DNA of 54,137 nucleotides. Origin: a virus. Position numbers and translations under genes: made by a program. Shown here one piece after another: positions 41,365 to 50,938 of this stretch. The stretch lies in the IMG/VR virus record IMGVR_UViG_3300021400_000023, one strand, 5' to 3'. The stretch's first letter is position 1; each line of letters starts with the position of its first letter. The notes below the pieces were generated by a model, which was given only the letters and a program-made list of their open reading frames with translations, had not been told where the DNA came from and ran no database searches.

Positions 41365-42402
41365 TTACAGCACCGTCGCCACGCACCAGCCGTCCACATT
41401 CTCCGGGACGACAGTCGGGCAGGAAGTCAGACGGTTCTTGATGGAATTGCCGTCGATGCTGCCGTAGCGCAGAGGCACCTGCTTCTTGATGTAGGTCTTG
41501 TGCTGGGCGTTCACGCCCGGTTCCTCGACCTGGGTCACGGGGCCGAAGTACATTTTCAGCATGTCGGCGCTGCCCGCAATCAGGGTACCGGACGGGATCA
41601 CGGCCTTGGCGGTGCCGTCGTCGTCGATGAAGGTGCCGCTCATGCTGTACATCTCCACGCCGTCGCTGTTCCAGCCGATGAAGCGGATGCCGCTTCCGCG
41701 ATACTGGGTGTTGATCTTGCCCATGTCGATGTTGCGCCCGTCGAACTGCTTGATATACTTGCTGTTGTCGATCATGGCGTCTGCCACGTCGGGAGCCATG
41801 AAGATGCGATCCACATAGCCCAGGCCGTCGTACACCAGATCGAAGATGCTGCGCATATCGGCGTCGATCTTCGCACCAGCCTGATCCCATTTGGTCTGGG
41901 GCACATAGTTGTTGGTGAAGCCATAGTCGGCAATCATGCTCGCCTCGATGCCCCGGCCCTCGTTGGTGTAGTTGAACACGGACAGCTTGCCGGTGAGGAT
42001 CACCTGGCGCACCATCCACTCATACCGGCGCTGAATGGCCTTGCGCATGTCCACAAGGTCTTTCGCCATCATCTTGCGCTCGCGCTCCTGGGGCGTCATA
42101 GCACCCAGCACGCGCTCACCGAACATCCGGCCTTTGAGGTTGGAATCTTCGATGATGCGCTCCGGGGCCACGCAGCAGAAGCCGATTTCGCGGGTTTCGT
42201 AGCCGTCGCGATCCATCAGGACGCCGCCAGCGCCGGGGCGCACGGTGGGAGCCATGCGGCGGCTGCCCTTGCGGAAGTCCCAGATGGCCTTTTCGTCCTC
42301 GACGGTGCCAGCGTCGCGGCAGAAGAAGTCAAACAGCGCGGAATACTCGCGGGGCAGAAGTTCGATAGCCGCGAGCTGCGCACGGGTGGAATAAATATCC
42401 AT
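41365..42402 (-). CDS. Major capsid protein (lambda gpE-like)
   Basis: 345 aa. The opening MDIYSTRAQLAAIELLP parallels lambda E. It sits after the decoration-like gene. Confidence 0.8.
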   Translation of the reverse strand: MDIYSTRAQLAAIELLPREYSALFDFFCRDAGTVEDEKAIWDFRKGSRRMAPTVRPGAGGVLMDRDGYETREIGFCCVAPERIIEDSNLKGRMFGERVLGAMTPQERERKMMAKDLVDMRKAIQRRYEWMVRQVILTGKLSVFNYTNEGRGIEASMIADYGFTNNYVPQTKWDQAGAKIDADMRSIFDLVYDGLGYVDRIFMAPDVADAMIDNSKYIKQFDGRNIDMGKINTQYRGSGIRFIGWNSDGVEMYSMSGTFIDDDGTAKAVIPSGTLIAGSADMLKMYFGPVTQVEEPGVNAQHKTYIKKQVPLRYGSIDGNSIKNRLTSCPTVVPENVDGWCVATVL

Positions 42403-42439
42403 AGTCGGTTAATCTCCTTTCGCTTTGTTTCGGCCCTTA

Positions 42440-42865
42440 TCAGGAGCCGGTCACGGTGTTGGTGAAGGTGGTCGTGCTCTCCTTCTTGTCGAACACGATG
42501 CCCTGCTGCCGCAGGATCACCTTGTGGGCGTCGGTCAGGGCCGCACCGGCGGTCAGCTTCACAGCGCCGTCGATGAAGCAGCCCGCGCGATAGGCAAGGC
42601 CGTCCTCGGCAACGGCGGTTACGCCGGAAGCCGGGGCGTTGCCGGAGGCGACGGCCTCTTTCAGCACCGCGAGCTGGTTGGTATTCACAACCTGGGCGGC
42701 GGCGGCGGGTGCCCACAGGCCGGAAGCCTTGCGGTACATCAGCGTACCGGCGGGAATGTCGCCGTTGCCGGGTTCGCAGGGAATGGCGATCTTGTCCGCG
42801 CCCTGCGGGTCGGCCAGCAGATTGACGGGGGTGCTGGTGCCGATCACTCCATAGATTTCAGCCAT
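42440..42865 (-). CDS. Head decoration protein (lambda gpD-like)
   Basis: 141 aa, located between the protease and capsid genes as in lambda. Confidence 0.55.
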   Translation of the reverse strand: MAEIYGVIGTSTPVNLLADPQGADKIAIPCEPGNGDIPAGTLMYRKASGLWAPAAAAQVVNTNQLAVLKEAVASGNAPASGVTAVAEDGLAYRAGCFIDGAVKLTAGAALTDAHKVILRQQGIVFDKKESTTTFTNTVTGS

Positions 42866-42901
42866 TGTTAATGTCCTCCTTTACGTTCTTCTGGCCGGAA
42901 A

Positions 42902-44191
42902 TCAGAACATGGTTTCGTTGCCGCTGCCCGCGTACTGCTTGGCATACTCGGCAACGGCCTTTGCGTTGTCCTGGATTTCCTGTTCCTCGGTCTTGTGGTT
43001 GCTGGCGGGTTCGCCGCCGGGGACGTTCTGCGCGGGGGCGGTTTCCTGCTGCCGCGCGGCCATGAAGCCCGCGCCCTTGGCTTTCTTGGCCTGGACGAGC
43101 TGCTTCACGAAGTCGGCGGGGCTGGTGCCGTTGGCCTTGGCCTGGGCGGCCAGCTCCTCATAGCCCGGATCGGTCAGGGCGTCGATCTCGTCCTGGCGCG
43201 CGCGCTCGGCGGCAACCGCGCTCTGCTGAATCTGCTCAAGCAGCGCCGGGTTTTCCGCACGAAGCTGATCCACGTTGATGTCCTTGATGTCCATGGTGTC
43301 ATGTTCCTCCTCGTGTTGATTTATTTCAGTCGAGGCCCCGGCAACTGGAGCTTCGTGACTGACGGTTTGAAGTGCGGCCCGTGCCGCTTCGGCAAGATTC
43401 TTGACGGTCATTTCAACCTGCCCAGGGGGAAGGATAAACTCCCGTCCTTCTTCGCCCTCAATGAAGGTGCTGGTTTGTTTTATATTCCCACCTTCTTGCA
43501 TCTCGGCAATCTGTTCCGGCACGGCCTTGTACAGGTTGCGCATGGTCGCCATGACGCGGCTCGTCACGCACGCGGCGGCGGGCGTTTCGCCCTTGACCTC
43601 GGCTTCCAGAACCTCGTCCGCGAAGCCGTATTCCACGGCCTGATCCGCCGTGAACCACGTTTCCGCGTCCATCCAGTCCTTGATCTGCTCCTCTGCCTGC
43701 CCCGTGCGTTTCATGTAAAAGCCCCGCGACATCTTTTCGATGTTGCGGAGCCGGTCAATGGTGTGTTCAAGCTCGTTGGCATTGCCCAGCGCGTAGCACC
43801 AGGGGTTGTGAATCATGTATTCGCTTCCCTCGGCAATGGCGACGTGTGCCCCCGGCAGGGTGGCAATATCTGTCGCCGCGCTGGCGCACATCCCTTCAAT
43901 GCGGATGTTGATTTCCTCAAATCCGGCATTGGCAAGGATGCTCCGCATGGCGACGCTCTCCGTGCAAACGCCGCCGGGGCTGTTGATCCGAAGCAGCAGC
44001 TTCTTGGCTCCGGCTTTCAGCACGTCCTTGATGGCTTTGTCGAAGTCGGCGGCGCTCTTGTCCTCCTCGCTCCACTTCCACCATTTCGGCCCGTCCTCCA
44101 CGATTTCGCCATACAGCATCACTTCCGCCGTGTCGCTGTTCTCGGCCTCCATGTGGACGTTGTATGCCAGTCTGAAAATATCCCTCGGCAT
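42902..44191 (-). CDS. Head maturation protease (ClpP/S49-like) fused to a scaffold-like C-terminus
   Basis: LRINSPGGVCTES and a protease fold are followed by a helical Ala/Glu/Gln-rich tail. Confidence 0.85.
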   Translation of the reverse strand: MPRDIFRLAYNVHMEAENSDTAEVMLYGEIVEDGPKWWKWSEEDKSAADFDKAIKDVLKAGAKKLLLRINSPGGVCTESVAMRSILANAGFEEINIRIEGMCASAATDIATLPGAHVAIAEGSEYMIHNPWCYALGNANELEHTIDRLRNIEKMSRGFYMKRTGQAEEQIKDWMDAETWFTADQAVEYGFADEVLEAEVKGETPAAACVTSRVMATMRNLYKAVPEQIAEMQEGGNIKQTSTFIEGEEGREFILPPGQVEMTVKNLAEAARAALQTVSHEAPVAGASTEINQHEEEHDTMDIKDINVDQLRAENPALLEQIQQSAVAAERARQDEIDALTDPGYEELAAQAKANGTSPADFVKQLVQAKKAKGAGFMAARQQETAPAQNVPGGEPASNHKTEEQEIQDNAKAVAEYAKQYAGSGNETMF

Positions 44192-45846
44192 TACTCCTCG
44201 TCCTCCTCTTTCTCCTCGTCGTCGGCCTGCTGGCCGTCGTCGCTCTCCTGCGCGGCTCCGCCCATTTCCGCCCTTTCGGCGATTTCCTTCTTGCGCTGCC
44301 GCACGATGGCCGATCTGTCGTTGCCGTTGTATTCCATAGCTTCCTGCTCCTCGGTGGTGATATTGTTGCGGATGCGAACCTCCGCCGCGTTGACCTCTTT
44401 CAGCGGGTCAACATGGCCCATGCTCGCGCCCATCCAACTGCACCCGCACCAGGCGAGCCGCACGGCGGGATCGTCAAAAAAACCGGGCGCGTCAATGCGT
44501 CCGGTTGCCACGGCCTCTGAAAGCCATTGCTCGTAGATCGGTTGGTTGAAAGCGGTATTGAACCGCGTCCTGTACACCCTCACCGTCCGCCAGAAATCCA
44601 GCAGCGCGGCGCGGGCAGCCGTGTAATTGCTCTCGTACTTCTTGATAAGCACTTCCTTGGGGATGCCCATAGAGGAGGCAATCACGGTAATACAGGTGTT
44701 GACGAAGCTCTCAAACTGCGTGTCGCTGCGCTTCGGGTCAACGGTGGTTACGTCCTTTCCGGGCGGCAGATCATAGATCGCGCCGGGGGCAAGCTCCAAT
44801 TTCAACTCGTCGTCCGTAACCTTCTCGTCCTCGTTTACTGCGTCCTCCATGCCCGCCTTGCCGTCGTCCTCCTTGGACGTGATAAACAGCGTCAGCATGG
44901 CGGAAACGACCTTGCCCGCAAGCTCCGCGTTCATGTACCGCGTGAATTGCTTGATAAGCTCGATCTCCGCCGAAACGAAGGGGATGCCGCGCCGCTGCTC
45001 CGGCCTCTCGTAGGTCATGACTTGCAGGATGTTCGGGTAGCCCGTGTCCTTGCCGTAGGCGTCAATGGGCGTCCACGTCAATTCGCTGCTGTCGTTGCCC
45101 GCGTTCGGGCTGCGGCTGGCGATGTGATACTTGATTACGGCCCCTTCCTTGTCGATCTCCACGCCGTCGATGATCCGGCCCCCGCTCTCGGTTTCCGTGC
45201 TCTCGCTGCTGCCGGAGCTGTCCGGGTTGCAGATGCGGTCTGCCTCCAAAAGGCGGATGGTGGTCTGGTAGGGTGTCCGCTTGTTTGGCTTCATCCCGAA
45301 CAGGGCGAACACGTCCCCGGACATGAGCATGGACAGAAAAGCGAGCTGCTGCAATCCGTAAAAGTTTTGCTGCCGCTGCGCGTCGCACATGGTATTGTCG
45401 GCCCACAGCTTCCACTCCCGAAGGATGGCCTGCTCTGCTTCCTCCCGCGCCTTGTCCGTCATGCCCAGGAAAGCGCCGTCAATCTTGGGCTTGGGCTGGA
45501 TGCCCCATCCCACAACGGAGGTTGTCAGGGTTTCCGGCCCGCTTCTGGCAAGGCCGCCGCCCTCGTAAAGATCGCGCGCCCGCTGCCGCAGGGTGGAGCT
45601 TTGGAGGTCAATATCGTCCTCCGCATTGCCCGCGTCCACGATCCAGCCGACCAGGCTGTTGAGCGTCTGGCTGGCCCCGTGGCTCGCGTAGCTCATACGC
45701 GGGCCGCTGCGGCTCCTCTCGCGGCTTTCCGCCGCGCCTTGCTCCTTGGCCCTTTCCTCGCGCAGGCGCTTGTTATAGGCGTCATTCCCGCGCTTTGGGC
45801 TGAACAGGTAAAGGGCGCGCTCGCTGAATTTCGGTCTTTCGTTCAT
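44191..45846 (-). CDS. Portal protein (lambda-type)
   Basis: 551 aa. It follows the gpW-like gene and the terminase. Confidence 0.8.
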   Translation of the reverse strand: MNERPKFSERALYLFSPKRGNDAYNKRLREERAKEQGAAESRERSRSGPRMSYASHGASQTLNSLVGWIVDAGNAEDDIDLQSSTLRQRARDLYEGGGLARSGPETLTTSVVGWGIQPKPKIDGAFLGMTDKAREEAEQAILREWKLWADNTMCDAQRQQNFYGLQQLAFLSMLMSGDVFALFGMKPNKRTPYQTTIRLLEADRICNPDSSGSSESTETESGGRIIDGVEIDKEGAVIKYHIASRSPNAGNDSSELTWTPIDAYGKDTGYPNILQVMTYERPEQRRGIPFVSAEIELIKQFTRYMNAELAGKVVSAMLTLFITSKEDDGKAGMEDAVNEDEKVTDDELKLELAPGAIYDLPPGKDVTTVDPKRSDTQFESFVNTCITVIASSMGIPKEVLIKKYESNYTAARAALLDFWRTVRVYRTRFNTAFNQPIYEQWLSEAVATGRIDAPGFFDDPAVRLAWCGCSWMGASMGHVDPLKEVNAAEVRIRNNITTEEQEAMEYNGNDRSAIVRQRKKEIAERAEMGGAAQESDDGQQADDEEKEEDEE

Positions 45847-45860
45847 CCGTCACGCCCTCC

Positions 45861-46103
45861 TCACAGATCGCGCGGCACCACGCGGGTCACGCGCTTGGTT
45901 CTCACTTCGCCGGACAGGGCTTCCACCAGATTGCCGAAATAGTTGATCGCGGCCCTGATGTCCTCCATGTCAACAAGCGTACATTCCCGCGTGCCCACAC
46001 GGTAGCTTGTCACCTGTCCGCTCGCCAAAGCCTTTTCGGCGCTTTTCCACAGTTCCAGCATTTCCCTGGCTTCCGCCAGCGTGTATGCGGAGATTGCCGC
46101 CAT
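45861..46103 (-). CDS. Head-tail joining protein (lambda gpW-like)
   Basis: 80 aa, located between terminase large subunit and portal as in lambda. Confidence 0.5.
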   Translation of the reverse strand: MAAISAYTLAEAREMLELWKSAEKALASGQVTSYRVGTRECTLVDMEDIRAAINYFGNLVEALSGEVRTKRVTRVVPRDL

Positions 46104-46118
46104 GCTTTCACGCTCCTT

Positions 46119-47981
46119 TTATACTTGGATTCCACGGCTCACCACGCGGCGCTGTTTCCGCTTGGTTTCCTCGGTCTTGGTGATGATCTTCTTCGGCTCC
46201 TCGATGCCGTTCACGATGCGCTCCAACTCGTCAAACCGCCAATGGAAGTAGCGGTAGGCCATGCGCGCATAATTGCGGCAGTCCAGCGGTTCGTTGCGCT
46301 CGTAGAATTGTTCCCATACGATCACGCCCTGGCCGCCGCGCCGGTGTATCTCCATCCGCTCCGAAATCAGGCCCTTGAAATACTCCATGTCATAGCCTGC
46401 CCGGTAGTCAATGGGGAAGTGCATGTAGTTGGGGCCGGGTTCCTCCACGGCGGCCTCGTACATGATGCCCTCCTTGCCAGCGTCAACGCCCAGCATGAAT
46501 TTGGCACCTTCGCCCTGGCCGCGCTTCATAGGGCGGCACTCCGGCTTTCCTTCGCCCTTCTCGCCCTTGATAGGCCAGATGCGCTTGCTCGCCCGCTTCG
46601 CGCAGGCTTTGTATATGGCCGTCGTGAAGTGGCCGCCGGAGTCAATGAACGTCGCAAGGATTTTCATTTTCATGCCGTTGGCAAGCCGCCATTCACGATC
46701 CAGCAGCGCGTCCACTTCCTCCCAAACGCCGGGAGCGTCGGCCCGTCCAGGGATCACGCCCCGGCTGATGCCCCAGCTTTGCCCGTTCCGATCCCAGCCC
46801 ACAACCTCGTATTCCAGGCGGTTATCCTGCGTGTCCATGCCCATTGTCAGCAGCAGAACGCCCGTCGGCACCTCCGCGTCGTAGTGCTCGCGGCGCTTGT
46901 ACAGCGTTTCGTCAAGTCCGCTGTTGGTGTGTACCTCCCAGCTTTCGCCCAAAATCGTGTTGTAGAAGGTCTTTAGCTTCTCCGGGTCTTTATGGGCTTT
47001 GAGGAATTTCCAGACAATATCCTTCCAGTCGCTCCAGGGCGACATAAAGGCGTTGAGGCGGAAGGAGCGGATGCCGTTCTGAATGGCTTTCGGGTTCTTC
47101 TGCACCCATTTGGCAGGCAGGCGCTTGCACTCGTATTCGCCGATGTCGCGCTTGCACGTCGGGCACCGCCACGTTACAACCTTGACGTGATAATCCTCGT
47201 CGCCGCCCTCGTTCACATAGTCCTCTTTCTCGAAGTGGATGTCAGCGAAGCGGATGTAGTTGTAGGTGTGACAATGCGGGCACTCGGTATGCCATTCCTC
47301 CTGTGTGCCGTTCATGTAATCCGTTTCAATCTTGGATTTCCCCTTTATCGTCGGCGTGCTGGTCTTAACTATCTTGCGGTTATGCCGGAAAGTTTCGGTT
47401 CGGCGCTCGGCCAATTCCTGCGGGTCGCCCTCTGTTCCGGCGCTGGCCGGGAAGCGGTCTGTTTCGTCCATGAAGATGTACCTCACCGGCTTACTGGATA
47501 GGTCGGCGGGGCTGTTGGCCCCGATGATGGCAAGGCTGCCGCCGGGAAAGGTTTTCATGCTGATGGTGTTTGCCGCGTCGCGGCTCCGCGCCTTGAACAC
47601 TTTTTCCCGCAGCGTCGGGCACGCCTGGATCATGGGGGCGATACGCCGCTTGGAATAGTCCTCCGCCACCTTGTCCGTCGGCTGAATGTAGAGCATCGGG
47701 CCGGGGTCGTTGTCGATGGCGCACCCCATCATGTTCAGCTCGATTTCGGATTTGCCTACCTGGGCGCTCGCCATAATCACGATCTGCCATATTCCCGGCT
47801 GGGTGAAGGCGTCCATAATCTCCCGCTGATAGGGGGCGCGGTCAGTTCGCCATGCGCCGGGTTCCGCGCTGCTCTCCGAAACGAGCACGCGGTTTGCGTC
47901 CGCCCATTCCGACACCGTTTGCTGTGCCGGGGGCCGGAACATCGAATAGGTGTATCGGGCGAGTTCGGCTATGGCGCTCAT
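46119..47981 (-). CDS. terL: Terminase large subunit (lambda gpA-like)
   Basis: Walker A-like ASAQVGKSE and IFMDETDRFP. 620 aa. Confidence 0.9.
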   Translation of the reverse strand: MSAIAELARYTYSMFRPPAQQTVSEWADANRVLVSESSAEPGAWRTDRAPYQREIMDAFTQPGIWQIVIMASAQVGKSEIELNMMGCAIDNDPGPMLYIQPTDKVAEDYSKRRIAPMIQACPTLREKVFKARSRDAANTISMKTFPGGSLAIIGANSPADLSSKPVRYIFMDETDRFPASAGTEGDPQELAERRTETFRHNRKIVKTSTPTIKGKSKIETDYMNGTQEEWHTECPHCHTYNYIRFADIHFEKEDYVNEGGDEDYHVKVVTWRCPTCKRDIGEYECKRLPAKWVQKNPKAIQNGIRSFRLNAFMSPWSDWKDIVWKFLKAHKDPEKLKTFYNTILGESWEVHTNSGLDETLYKRREHYDAEVPTGVLLLTMGMDTQDNRLEYEVVGWDRNGQSWGISRGVIPGRADAPGVWEEVDALLDREWRLANGMKMKILATFIDSGGHFTTAIYKACAKRASKRIWPIKGEKGEGKPECRPMKRGQGEGAKFMLGVDAGKEGIMYEAAVEEPGPNYMHFPIDYRAGYDMEYFKGLISERMEIHRRGGQGVIVWEQFYERNEPLDCRNYARMAYRYFHWRFDELERIVNGIEEPKKIITKTEETKRKQRRVVSRGIQV

Positions 47982-47984
47982 GCG

Positions 47985-48512
47985 TTATACCTCCTCGTCG
48001 CCCTCCTCCTCGCTTTCTTCGCCGCTCTCCTCCGCCGCGTAGGTTGGCAGGGGAGTATCGGCGATTTCCTCCAGCGCTGCGCGGATTTCCTTGCCGATCA
48101 TGTCCGCGATCACTTCCGCGTTATCCTGCATCAGCAGCATGGGGGCAAGTTTACTCGGAAGGTGGATCATGTTTTGCATGACGGTGTTTGCGATGTCGCC
48201 CCAAAGCCGCTTCACGTCCTGCACGTCGATCAACTGGCCGCGCATCCGGGCTACTTCCAGCTCGGTTTTCTGCGTCTTGACCACTTCATGCCGCGCCTTT
48301 ACCGTGTCCAGGTCGTCCACTTCGGAGGCTTCATTGTTGACGTTGTAATCAACCCACCGCTGCACAAAAATAGCGAGGTCGTACTTGCCGCCCTCGCTCT
48401 CTACAAACAGTTTCTTTTCCTGCGGTTGATCCCGGTCTATGTCGTACAACCGCCGGTATGTATAGCCTGCGATCTGCGCAAGCTCTTTTTTTGTCATGCC
48501 AGGAATCGCCAT
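47985..48512 (-). CDS. terS: Terminase small subunit (Nu1-like)
   Basis: N-terminal HTH-like MTKKELAQIAGYTYRRLYDI and an acidic C-terminus, directly upstream of terL. Confidence 0.6.
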   Translation of the reverse strand: MAIPGMTKKELAQIAGYTYRRLYDIDRDQPQEKKLFVESEGGKYDLAIFVQRWVDYNVNNEASEVDDLDTVKARHEVVKTQKTELEVARMRGQLIDVQDVKRLWGDIANTVMQNMIHLPSKLAPMLLMQDNAEVIADMIGKEIRAALEEIADTPLPTYAAEESGEESEEEGDEEV

Positions 48513-48514
48513 GC

Positions 48515-49132
48515 TTACACCCTCATAGCCCGCATAAACTCATGTTCGATGCGCTGCTTCATGTACTCCAGGATGTCCTTCTGCACTTCCGCCTCGCTTC
48601 GGTTCATGGGCATCTGTGGAATGGCGATACCGACAACCTTTTTGATGGGGAAGCGCCGTTTCCCGGCGCGGGTGAAGGTCAGGCCGCCCAGCTTGCTTCC
48701 CAGATTACGGAAAGGAGGCTGGCCGCCGTAGCTGCTCATGGTGGCCGGAAGCGTGCTCACGCCCGCCTTGACGACGCGGCCCTTGACGCGGTATTTTCTC
48801 CGCAGGCTGTTCCAGCCGTGCGCGCCGCCGCTGGCGCTGTACCGTCCGCCGATGCTGCCCCGGCTGTCCCGGATGGGGATAGTGCATCCCAGGCCGCCCG
48901 CGCTGGATGTCATTTTCGCGTTTCCCACGGCGCTGCTGATCTGCCCCGCCTTAACGTGGTATTCATGGGGAAGGTCTTGCCGCAGGATCATCTTCACATG
49001 GCCGCCCGTCCGCTGGAAGATGGAATACATGATCTGGTTGAACCGCTCCGGCGTAACCACCGCTTTCAGCGCGTTCACTTTATCCTGCAATTCGCTGGCG
49101 TCGATTTCCAGGTATATGCTCGGATTTGCCAC
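48515..49132 (-). CDS. Hypothetical virion-associated protein (weak gpZ-like resemblance)
   Basis: GTG start follows GAGGGGGTGG. It is the first gene after the late promoter and terminator. Confidence 0.4.
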   Translation of the reverse strand: MANPSIYLEIDASELQDKVNALKAVVTPERFNQIMYSIFQRTGGHVKMILRQDLPHEYHVKAGQISSAVGNAKMTSSAGGLGCTIPIRDSRGSIGGRYSASGGAHGWNSLRRKYRVKGRVVKAGVSTLPATMSSYGGQPPFRNLGSKLGGLTFTRAGKRRFPIKKVVGIAIPQMPMNRSEAEVQKDILEYMKQRIEHEFMRAMRV

Positions 49133-49152
49133 GTTTCCACCCCCTCACGGGC

Positions 49153-49188
49153 ATAAAAATAAGCGGGCAACGATGTGTTGTCCGCTTT
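49153..49188 (-). terminator. Intrinsic terminator within the late leader
   Basis: On the minus strand, AAGCGGACAAcacatcgTTGCCCGCTT is followed by ATTTTTAT. Confidence 0.65.
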
Positions 49189-49208
49189 CCACTTCTGGCG
49201 ACGTTATC

Positions 49209-49237
49209 ATAATAGCACATTCAGCTTTTTATTTCAA
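49209..49237 (-). promoter_or_regulatory. Putative late promoter (TTGAAA-17-TATTAT)
   Basis: The reverse complement reads ttgaaa (49237-49232), a 17-nt spacer, then tattat (49214-49209). Confidence 0.5.
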
Positions 49238-49270
49238 CCCGCTTTTTGGAAAAATTTTTGGAGCCTGTTT

Positions 49271-49783
49271 TTATTCCTTCTGCACAACGATATAGCGCTC
49301 CTGCCACTTCACCGCCGCCATGCTCGGCGCGCCCTCCACGGCCCGCCGCGCCCGGTCAAACCCGCGCCACGTCATGTTAAGCTCCTGCCTGATTTTCACG
49401 TCCGGCACGTCCATGACATACTTCATCATGACAAAGGTTCGCATGGTCTGGCTCTCGATGCTGTTCAGTATCTTTTGAGCCTTGCGGAGCTGCCGCGCGT
49501 ACTCCTTGCATTGCGTTTCCTGCTCCTCGTCCAGCTCGGACAGCATGGCAAAGGCGCTGTCAAGCCCTGTGGGCAGGCCGCCGCCTCCCGGCATCCCCGT
49601 CAAGTGCTGGGTGATGTTCGTCATTCTGTCGCGCTGCCAGTCCCGCCGCTCCTCGATCTGGCGTACCATCTGCATGATGTACAGAATTTCGGACAGCAAA
49701 GGGATGTCCCTGTTGCGTACCTCAACCGGCCTTTGCTCCTTCTCCACGGCCCCGCCCTGGGCAGGCGCTTTCTCGTTGCTCAT
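49271..49783 (-). CDS. Putative late-gene regulator (sigma region-4-like / ArpU-RinA-like HTH)
   Basis: The C-terminus RTFVMMKYVMDVPDVKIRQELNMTWRGFDRARRAVE looks HTH-like. It sits immediately upstream of the late promoter/terminator. Confidence 0.4.
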   Translation of the reverse strand: MSNEKAPAQGGAVEKEQRPVEVRNRDIPLLSEILYIMQMVRQIEERRDWQRDRMTNITQHLTGMPGGGGLPTGLDSAFAMLSELDEEQETQCKEYARQLRKAQKILNSIESQTMRTFVMMKYVMDVPDVKIRQELNMTWRGFDRARRAVEGAPSMAAVKWQERYIVVQKE

Positions 49784-49786
49784 GGT

Positions 49787-50083
49787 TCATCCCTCCAACT
49801 GGCGCTTTTTCATGCTCTTTTTGTAGGCAAGCCGTTCTCTGAAATGATCCGCCCTGCCGATGTGGATTTTTCCCGCTTCTATTTCATCGTCAATGAAAAT
49901 CCGAATACCTGACAGCGCATACATCGCGGAGTACGATTGCGGTTCCCCGATCTCTTTCTTCAAGGCTTCGTATGTTTCGCCGTTCATAGCTACGGCGTCC
50001 GCATGAAGCCCTACCTCCGCCATATCGCGCCCGATCATCTCTTGAATCTCCGCCAGAATATGCCTCATAATTCCGTCCTCCAA
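49787..50083 (-). CDS. Hypothetical protein
   Basis: 98-aa ORF. Confidence 0.5.
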   Translation of the reverse strand: MEDGIMRHILAEIQEMIGRDMAEVGLHADAVAMNGETYEALKKEIGEPQSYSAMYALSGIRIFIDDEIEAGKIHIGRADHFRERLAYKKSMKKRQLEG

Positions 50084-50085
50084 AT

Positions 50086-50105
50086 CCGCGAGCGCTCGCG
50101 GTTTT
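50086..50105. terminator. Palindromic hairpin CCGCGAGCGCTCGCGG plus T-run
   Basis: 16-bp perfect palindrome with the same core as 21770-21793 and 37650-37675. Confidence 0.55.
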
Positions 50106-50111
50106 CTATGT

Positions 50112-50609
50112 TCAAAACTTCCTCGGCGGGTCTGCGTATCTCGGCGTCCCGCAATCTCTGTCAGGCAGATTTACGAAACACGATTCCCCATCCGGCAGTT
50201 CCGCATAGTCCGTATCGGGTAGCGGGATATACCCGGAAATATCGTAGCCGTGGAAACCTCCGCAGAAAGGGCATCGAATACCGAATGGCACCGGCTTTCT
50301 GTCTGGGCAGTTCTTTTCTTCCAGTCCCTTTTCAAGGTACATAACCCATCGTGTGCCGCAATCCTGGCAGCCGTAGATCATCGCCCCGTGAATGATGATC
50401 TTTCTCTCAAAATGTACAGGCTCTTTTCTCATGGATTCCATGATTGCCCGCATCATGTCCTCGCGGCGTGTTTTTGCCAGGGCAGCCCGCGCCGCCTGTT
50501 CCGCTTTCTCTTTGGCCCTACGCTCGTTGGCCGTGCATGGCTTCCGGCAATACTTCGCCCGTCTGCAATCCTTGCAGTTTCCGCTATCCTTCCACGCTTC
50601 TTTACTCAT
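50112..50609 (-). CDS. Hypothetical Cys-rich (zinc-ribbon-like) protein
   Basis: 165 aa with several CxxC pairs. Confidence 0.55.
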   Translation of the reverse strand: MSKEAWKDSGNCKDCRRAKYCRKPCTANERRAKEKAEQAARAALAKTRREDMMRAIMESMRKEPVHFERKIIIHGAMIYGCQDCGTRWVMYLEKGLEEKNCPDRKPVPFGIRCPFCGGFHGYDISGYIPLPDTDYAELPDGESCFVNLPDRDCGTPRYADPPRKF

Positions 50610-50938
50610 ACATACCCCGCTTTCTTCGCCCGTTTCTCCCAGCGATTTTGTGCTCTATCATCCCAGCCCTTAATCACATCTTCCACGCAGTCAAGGCAAT
50701 CATGAATATAGTATGGCGCACCGTCGATAAAGCACTTTTCGCCGAGCGCCTGATCTCCCGCGTGGATTGTAGCCCCGCAATAATGGCACGTCGTATCTTT
50801 CCGAACCTTAACGAGCTTGCTATGATAACACTCTAAATAGTCGTCCATATCGTCAGTTGGCATCATAAGGTCTTTATATTCGTCCGGCTTATACTTTGCC
50901 TGTCTGCTCATTGATAAGCGCCTCCATTCGCTTTTCAA
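50606..50938 (-). CDS. Hypothetical Cys/His-rich protein
   Basis: 110 aa with overlapping stop and start. Confidence 0.55.
   Translation of the reverse strand: MKSEWRRLSMSRQAKYKPDEYKDLMMPTDDMDDYLECYHSKLVKVRKDTTCHYCGATIHAGDQALGEKCFIDGAPYYIHDCLDCVEDVIKGWDDRAQNRWEKRAKKAGYV

Noticed and set aside
22169-47501. Long plus-strand ORFs antisense to the structural and lysis genes (for example 22169..23647, 25624..27348, 28695..30695, 32724..34604, 38516..39781, 42995..44536, 44527..45942).
   Set aside because: These are shadow ORFs of GC-rich minus-strand genes. Their sequences are Arg/Ala/Gly/His-rich, they lack RBSs, and each overlaps a confidently identified minus-strand gene.
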